The notes under the pieces were generated by a model. That model made no database searches. It worked only from the letters and a program-made list of their open reading frames with translations, and was not told the DNA's origin. A DNA stretch of 52,835 nucleotides from contig JBFWJG010000009.1 of NCBI GenBank assembly GCA_050253335.1, positions 1 through 52,835 on the forward strand. The letters are read 5' to 3'. This stretch comes from Deferribacterales bacterium (lineage in GTDB: Bacteria > Chrysiogenota > Deferribacteres > Deferribacterales > Geovibrionaceae). Made by a program: the position numbers and the translations under genes. Shown here one piece after another: positions 47,963-52,835 of the stretch; within the stretch, counting starts at the first letter, position 1, and the number at the start of each line of letters is the position of its first letter.

Positions 47963-49198
47963 TTAAACTCCTACCGTATTTATGATTTCCGGAGTAATCA
48001 GCTCTTCTCCGGCTTCTGCTGCGTAGTTCATCAGCCTCGTCATTATGTTGCTTACAAAAAGCGGATATCCCATAGATTTGACCCTGCCCATACGGTCGGT
48101 TATCTGCATACGCTCCACCAACAGATTAAGCGCAGCAGGAGAAATGACTTTATTGACATCTGCTTTTGCACATTTGAATTTATGTGCAATGTAGGCGGGC
48201 AGTTCCTTATCAAGAGCGTCAAGTTTTGCGTGTGCTGTGCGTGCTGTTACTTCCCTGATTTCTGTACTGTTGCGTCCGTAAAGGCGGGTTTCCAGCTCAT
48301 TCTGACCTATCAGGATAATACCCATGAGCCTCTGCAGACCATTTTCAAATTCCCACAACCGTTTGAGGAACTTCAGCGTCATAACAGGCAAATCATGCGC
48401 CTCTTCAATGACGAGAACCGTACGCTCATTATTATTGCTTCTGCCGAGCAGAAGTGAGCGTGCCTGACGGCTGAGAGCTTCTTTTCCCATAGCCGGTTTT
48501 GCTTCTGTCAGGTCATACACAATTGAGTGCAGAATATCTTTTGCCGTGAGTCTGGATTTGTCGATAGACTCAGGGTAGATAATCTGGCAGGCTTTGTTTT
48601 GCCTAGCATATTCAAAGAATTTGCGGCGTATGGTGCTTTTCCCCGCACCGACTTCACCAGTGATGACGGCAAAGCCGCCTGTTTCGGCTGTTTGCTTCAT
48701 AACTTCAAAAGCAAACTGATGCGATGAACCCATGAAAATTTCACTCTCTTTGCGTATGTCAAGAATGAATGGGTTTTGAATCAGCTTGAAGTGCTTCATT
48801 GTTTCAAGAGTGAGCATACTTACCTCCATATAAAGTCTTAATTTTCTCATATATTCCTGTGCAAATTCGTCTGTGTCCTGATTCATTGCTTGCACGATAT
48901 CTGCGACACTTTCAATTTTCATATCCTCAAGCTGCAGACTATCCCATATCTGCTGAACAGGTATCTGTAAGGCTTTGAGAGCGTTTGAAAAGCGTTCTGA
49001 TACCAAGTCTTCAACTATACGTTTGTCGAGCTTTTTCGGCATATTTCCCTTTGTTAAAAGAAACCGAATACTCTCTACTCCGTAGTTTATGCCATGTTGT
49101 TTCAAGATTCGTCCAAACTCGCCATGTGATACTCTGGCAACTTTTAGAACCCTATGCAGAAAGATTGGCCGTGCATCATCCGTAATGGCTCTCGGCAT
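47963..49198 (-). CDS. ExeA-family AAA ATPase (transposition target/B protein analog)
   Basis: GEVGAGKST, LVIEEAH, ILIGQNEL; follows the transposase. Confidence 0.88.
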   Translation of the reverse strand: MPRAITDDARPIFLHRVLKVARVSHGEFGRILKQHGINYGVESIRFLLTKGNMPKKLDKRIVEDLVSERFSNALKALQIPVQQIWDSLQLEDMKIESVADIVQAMNQDTDEFAQEYMRKLRLYMEVSMLTLETMKHFKLIQNPFILDIRKESEIFMGSSHQFAFEVMKQTAETGGFAVITGEVGAGKSTIRRKFFEYARQNKACQIIYPESIDKSRLTAKDILHSIVYDLTEAKPAMGKEALSRQARSLLLGRSNNNERTVLVIEEAHDLPVMTLKFLKRLWEFENGLQRLMGIILIGQNELETRLYGRNSTEIREVTARTAHAKLDALDKELPAYIAHKFKCAKADVNKVISPAALNLLVERMQITDRMGRVKSMGYPLFVSNIMTRLMNYAAEAGEELITPEIINTVGV

Positions 49199-50963
49199 GT
49201 TTAACCTCCGTATTGTTGAGCATATTTTGTATAATCTGATCTGCTTCTGTGGCAGTTACACCATTCTTCCAACGTGCTTTTATCGCTTTGTTTTCCTCTA
49301 CCGAAAGCTTGCGAACCTCTCTTACAATCCGCAGAATAAGATCACTGATACTGATACGTTTTTCACTTGAGTCAAACATAGGTGTAACTGTGTAATTTCT
49401 CGGTTCAGATTCAGTGAGCGGTGCGTGAATGTTCGGGGTTTCAATCTCAGTTCCCTGTTTTTGGATATGGCTTACTTTTTCCTGCCGTGTAACTGTTGCA
49501 GCAGGTTCTATTTTTTCTGTTCCTGCTTCAGGAGCTAAGGATTGGCGTTTTTGTTTATTTCCTTTAAAGGTTACACCCCATTCATCAGAGGCTATCTGCT
49601 CCAAGTCACTTACATTCTTCTGGGTGATAGTATGGGGCAATGCCCTGTATGAGCCGTACTCAACATTTGAAGGGCTGACAGTCCTGCCGTAATCATCAGT
49701 CTTGAGGGGATTTACTGTCCATACATAACCGTTGAAATGAACATCCACAGCGGGATACTCGTATGCGTTGATTTTAACTTTTATCTTTTGGCGCATAGCG
49801 TTAACGTCCGGAATATAGTAAGTACGACCTTCAAAAGATATATGTCCGCTGCCGTCCACTGTCCTTTCAACTTCAGAGCGATGTATGAGAGTTTTAAACA
49901 GTTTTTCGTCCGGGCAGAGCCTTAGTTCCTCTCTGCGTATACGCAGCCAGTATGCTGCCGGAGCCTGCTGTTTTTTTCCGGTGAATGACTCATTGTGCTG
50001 AACACACCATGCTAATGCCCAGCGATTCAGTTCAGCCAGATCTGCCGGACGGCGGACTTTGAGAATGGTTTCAAATTTCGTCCCTATTGTACTCATCAAA
50101 CGCTCAACTTTCCCCTTTGCTCTGGGGTTTCCTGCGGCATGAAGCTGAACATTTACGCCGAGCGCATCCATCATATTGCAGACTGCCTTCTGACGAAGAA
50201 TTGAGCCTTTATCAGATACCAACATAAACGGCACGCCGTGCATTTGGTACATACCTGTTTCTGTGTTAAGATACTCTTTCATGAGCGAATCCTTCTTTGA
50301 GAAGGCTTTGAAGAAAAAATCTGCTCCGTCTTCCGCACGTTCACCTGGGGAGTAGTAATACCAAAAAAAGAATGCACCTGTGCAGTGATCAACCATCACG
50401 AACCGAAGAAGCTCACGCTTTATGGCTTTTGCGGATTTAACCAACTTGTTATTATAGAAGCTTAGCTCCACATCCCTTTCTGTAAGCCCTGTTTTTTTAT
50501 CAAGATGCCACTGGAGGCAGTTGGTAACATCAAACTGCCACACATGGTTAGGGTGTTTTGATATAAGACGAATATGTGCAGGAACAGCAGACAGATGGGC
50601 TTTATCCAAGCCTTTATCTTTGAGAAGCCTGCAGATGCGCTCATACCCGACCGGAAAGGTTCTTCCTTCACGCTCCAGCTGTTCGAGCACATTTTTTACT
50701 GTGTTACTGAACCTGCTGCGGAGCTGCTTGCTCACCAAGAGACGGGCAGCAATGAGCTTAAGATCAGCATCCGTTATTTCGCTGCTGCCCTTATCTGAGC
50801 GGACAGAACGAACACGAAAACCTGCTTTATGCGCCCATCGCCAGAAAGTTTTTACGGAGACACCGTAATATCTGCTCAGCCTTGAAGCTTCATTAGTGCG
50901 TTCCTTTGGTGTTTCGCAGGTTTCAAGAGCAGTTTTAATGTGATTCAGAGCTTCCGGTGACAT
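49176..50963 (-). CDS. Mu-like DDE transposase
   Basis: R..RSDKG, PNHVWQFD, LVSDKGS, NPRAKGKVER, RTVDGSGHISFEGRTY. Confidence 0.9.
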   Translation of the reverse strand: MSPEALNHIKTALETCETPKERTNEASRLSRYYGVSVKTFWRWAHKAGFRVRSVRSDKGSSEITDADLKLIAARLLVSKQLRSRFSNTVKNVLEQLEREGRTFPVGYERICRLLKDKGLDKAHLSAVPAHIRLISKHPNHVWQFDVTNCLQWHLDKKTGLTERDVELSFYNNKLVKSAKAIKRELLRFVMVDHCTGAFFFWYYYSPGERAEDGADFFFKAFSKKDSLMKEYLNTETGMYQMHGVPFMLVSDKGSILRQKAVCNMMDALGVNVQLHAAGNPRAKGKVERLMSTIGTKFETILKVRRPADLAELNRWALAWCVQHNESFTGKKQQAPAAYWLRIRREELRLCPDEKLFKTLIHRSEVERTVDGSGHISFEGRTYYIPDVNAMRQKIKVKINAYEYPAVDVHFNGYVWTVNPLKTDDYGRTVSPSNVEYGSYRALPHTITQKNVSDLEQIASDEWGVTFKGNKQKRQSLAPEAGTEKIEPAATVTRQEKVSHIQKQGTEIETPNIHAPLTESEPRNYTVTPMFDSSEKRISISDLILRIVREVRKLSVEENKAIKARWKNGVTATEADQIIQNMLNNTEVKHAESHYG

Positions 50964-50967
50964 TGCA

Positions 50968-51960
50968 TTATCCTTCTTTTATTTTGTGACCTTGTATGTT
51001 GCGTATGCCGGGTATGGGTAATTCTGCAGCTTCTGCAAGCTCTGCTTCGGATGTGTTCAGTTCCCCTATTGATGATGGGACAAGAAGTGAAAGCTCACCG
51101 GCAATCTGCACTAAGTACATAATAGTTCCGTAAAGGTACTGGGTGTTGTTATCTGAAAGCTCCTTTGCATGGGTTTCTTTCAGAGAGTGGTAAATCTCTG
51201 TGATCTTCCTTGCTGTTCCTGAAAGGCTGTGGAAAACTGCCCAGTCCTGATACGGCATACCGTTTATCTCGCCTGTGGCGGTTATCTCGCTGAGTTCCTT
51301 TGACTTTTTTGATAGCGCTGTTTCTGTTCTGTCCAGCCTGTCCTTGTTCCACTCATTCAGGTCTTTTTGTGCCTTAAGCTCACGGTCTTTAGCTGCGAGG
51401 GCTTCATCCTTAGCGGCAATTATGCGTTCAAGAGCATCCTTCAGCTCGTCCTTATCATTGAGCGGTATCGTCTCCTGCTTTGTGGTTTCACCCTCAATCA
51501 CTTCGATAGTGATGGAGTTATCCGTGATAGAAAGCGTACCTTCGGAGGCGGCGGAACGGAGCTTCTTCAATTCTCTGTAACCGATACCAAAAGTGGAAAC
51601 GGTTTCCAAAAATTCTGTGCCAAGAGTATTGAGATTCATCAGCTGTTCATCAACTGTTCTCTTTGAAAAACCAATTGATTCACAATAGTTTTCCCATGTG
51701 CCTATGCCGGGCATTTCTTTATAAATTTTCGATTCTTTTATTTGACGAAGCATCATTAAATTGGAAACGGTTGCCACTTTTGATATGAAATTTACTCCTT
51801 CAATTCTACCTGTCAGCCTGTGTGCTTCCGCTATCAGAGCCTCACGTTCCTGCTGGCTCTGTGGCTGCTCTGTTTTCACCTGCTGAACCTTGGCAAGTTC
51901 CATCTCTGCTATATCATCAGCCGCTTCAACCTGTGCTTTTTCATATTCCTTAGAGTTCAT
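50968..51960 (-). CDS. Phage coiled-coil protein (possibly DUF3102-like)
   Basis: TWENYCESIGFSKRT segment plus coiled coil, immediately upstream of the transposase; start MNSKE. Confidence 0.65.
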   Translation of the reverse strand: MNSKEYEKAQVEAADDIAEMELAKVQQVKTEQPQSQQEREALIAEAHRLTGRIEGVNFISKVATVSNLMMLRQIKESKIYKEMPGIGTWENYCESIGFSKRTVDEQLMNLNTLGTEFLETVSTFGIGYRELKKLRSAASEGTLSITDNSITIEVIEGETTKQETIPLNDKDELKDALERIIAAKDEALAAKDRELKAQKDLNEWNKDRLDRTETALSKKSKELSEITATGEINGMPYQDWAVFHSLSGTARKITEIYHSLKETHAKELSDNNTQYLYGTIMYLVQIAGELSLLVPSSIGELNTSEAELAEAAELPIPGIRNIQGHKIKEG

Positions 51961-52216
51961 CAGAGGACTCCACATCAGCATCAGCAAGGATTTCATCCGT
52001 AATGGGTGTGACTTCCGGAATTATGAACTCGTAAGAGCCGTGAAAGTAAAGCTCAGCAGCCTTGAGCAGGAGTTCGATAATCTCTTCACCTTTCTCATTA
52101 AAGGATGCACCCGTGATAAGCTGTTGAAATATCAGCTCGTCATTGCCATGAGCGGCTATAATCAGCTCAAGCTGTTCATCTGTGAAATGAGGGATACTAC
52201 CTGTTTCGTATGGCAT
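51950..52216 (-). CDS. Hypothetical acidic phage protein
   Basis: Operon-packed ORF with RBS in the preceding gene end. Confidence 0.6.
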   Translation of the reverse strand: MPYETGSIPHFTDEQLELIIAAHGNDELIFQQLITGASFNEKGEEIIELLLKAAELYFHGSYEFIIPEVTPITDEILADADVESSDEL

Positions 52217-52219
52217 TTC

Positions 52220-52516
52220 TTACGCTCCTATTTCCTGTAAATCTGTCTGAGCTTTTGTAATGACACTTTGAAGGCTTGCCTTCTTTTTTGCCCAGAACGT
52301 TCCTAATTTCAGCGTGGTTATATATCCGTCCCCTATACGCTCCACATAACCTGCGTGCTCAAGGGTTGTTATGTGCGTCATAACTGTTCCGTAGGGTTCT
52401 TCTGTATGTTCCGTAATTTCCTTCACAGTTATGGGCGATGTGCTGAGGGCTATGATGTCCAGCACTTTTAAAATTTTCAGCCCTGCTGCTATGGGTTTGT
52501 AGGTTTTACTGCTCAT
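52220..52516 (-). CDS. Stand-alone IclR-type HTH protein
   Basis: LKVLDII, ITVKEIT..T..PYGTV...ITTLE.AGYVER. Confidence 0.8.
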   Translation of the reverse strand: MSSKTYKPIAAGLKILKVLDIIALSTSPITVKEITEHTEEPYGTVMTHITTLEHAGYVERIGDGYITTLKLGTFWAKKKASLQSVITKAQTDLQEIGA

Positions 52517-52526
52517 TATTGTTCCT

Positions 52527-52835
52527 TCAATCTTTAATCAGATACTGCTGGTTATTGTAATAACCCTCAAGAAATGCTACCCGTGCCTCATCCGGCGCAA
52601 GATATGTTTTGCTTACGACAACATCTGCGGCGTATTTCAGTTTGGCTGCGGCGAGATCAATACTTTCGCTGCTTTCATCCTCAAATCCTTTGCCGGTTAT
52701 AGTGAGCTTTCTCGCATAATTATCTGAGAGAATACTGCCGAGCAGTGCTTTTAAATGAGGCGCAGACATACTCCCTTTTGTATTGCCCATACTGATGGTT
52801 ATATCCATTTTCAACCCTTCAAGAGTAGATAGTAT
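52527..52835 (-). CDS. C-terminal part of a hypothetical phage-borne protein (5' end outside the window)
   Basis: Frame stays open to the window edge (ILSTLEGLKMDITISMG...). Confidence 0.65.
   Translation of the reverse strand: MLSTLEGLKMDITISMGNTKGSMSAPHLKALLGSILSDNYARKLTITGKGFEDESSESIDLAAAKLKYAADVVVSKTYLAPDEARVAFLEGYYNNQQYLIKD

Larger units (their letters stand above)
45876..52835 (-). mobile_element. Mu-like transposable prophage, early/middle region (continues beyond the window)
   Basis: DDE transposase, ExeA-like ATPase, Gam, GemA and Mor in one co-oriented block that is visibly more AT-rich than host genes. Confidence 0.9.

Noticed and set aside
49176..50963. Tn7/CAST-type or IS21 transposon
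   Set aside because: No TniQ or Cas genes; gam, gemA and mor identify a Mu-like phage

Overview
Mostly core chromosome of an anaerobic, flagellated bacterium; gene content and order suggest Deferribacterota, but that is inference. From left to right: a nonsense-truncated chemoreceptor behind the pstSCAB-phoU operon; a three-gene split glutamate synthase; an HDOD protein and a PAS/GAF kinase; a TDT/SLAC1 anion channel; a heme-c chemoreceptor; two RNA methyltransferases; a partial ATP synthase operon (b', b, delta, alpha, gamma, beta, epsilon); c-di-GMP enzymes; a phosphomannomutase; ispG; a Crp-family regulator; oligopeptidase A; and two divergent feoAB operons. From about 45.88 kb to the window edge lies the early region of a Mu-like prophage with a B3/BcepMu-type layout. 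The most unusual signal is a family of ~95-130 bp structured DNA elements: hairpins with covarying stems and conserved caTCC(C)Tg loops, which read as CsrA-type CAGGAUG loops on the minus strand. They sit right after stop codons, both inside the atp operon (with an exact 45-bp duplication of the atpG 3' end) and as a 113-bp tandem array after the second feo operon. Other notable items are a gemA gene split at an A7 run, a candidate prophage end, Pho-box-like repeats ahead of the chemoreceptor, and an SqrR-like operator on the anion channel.
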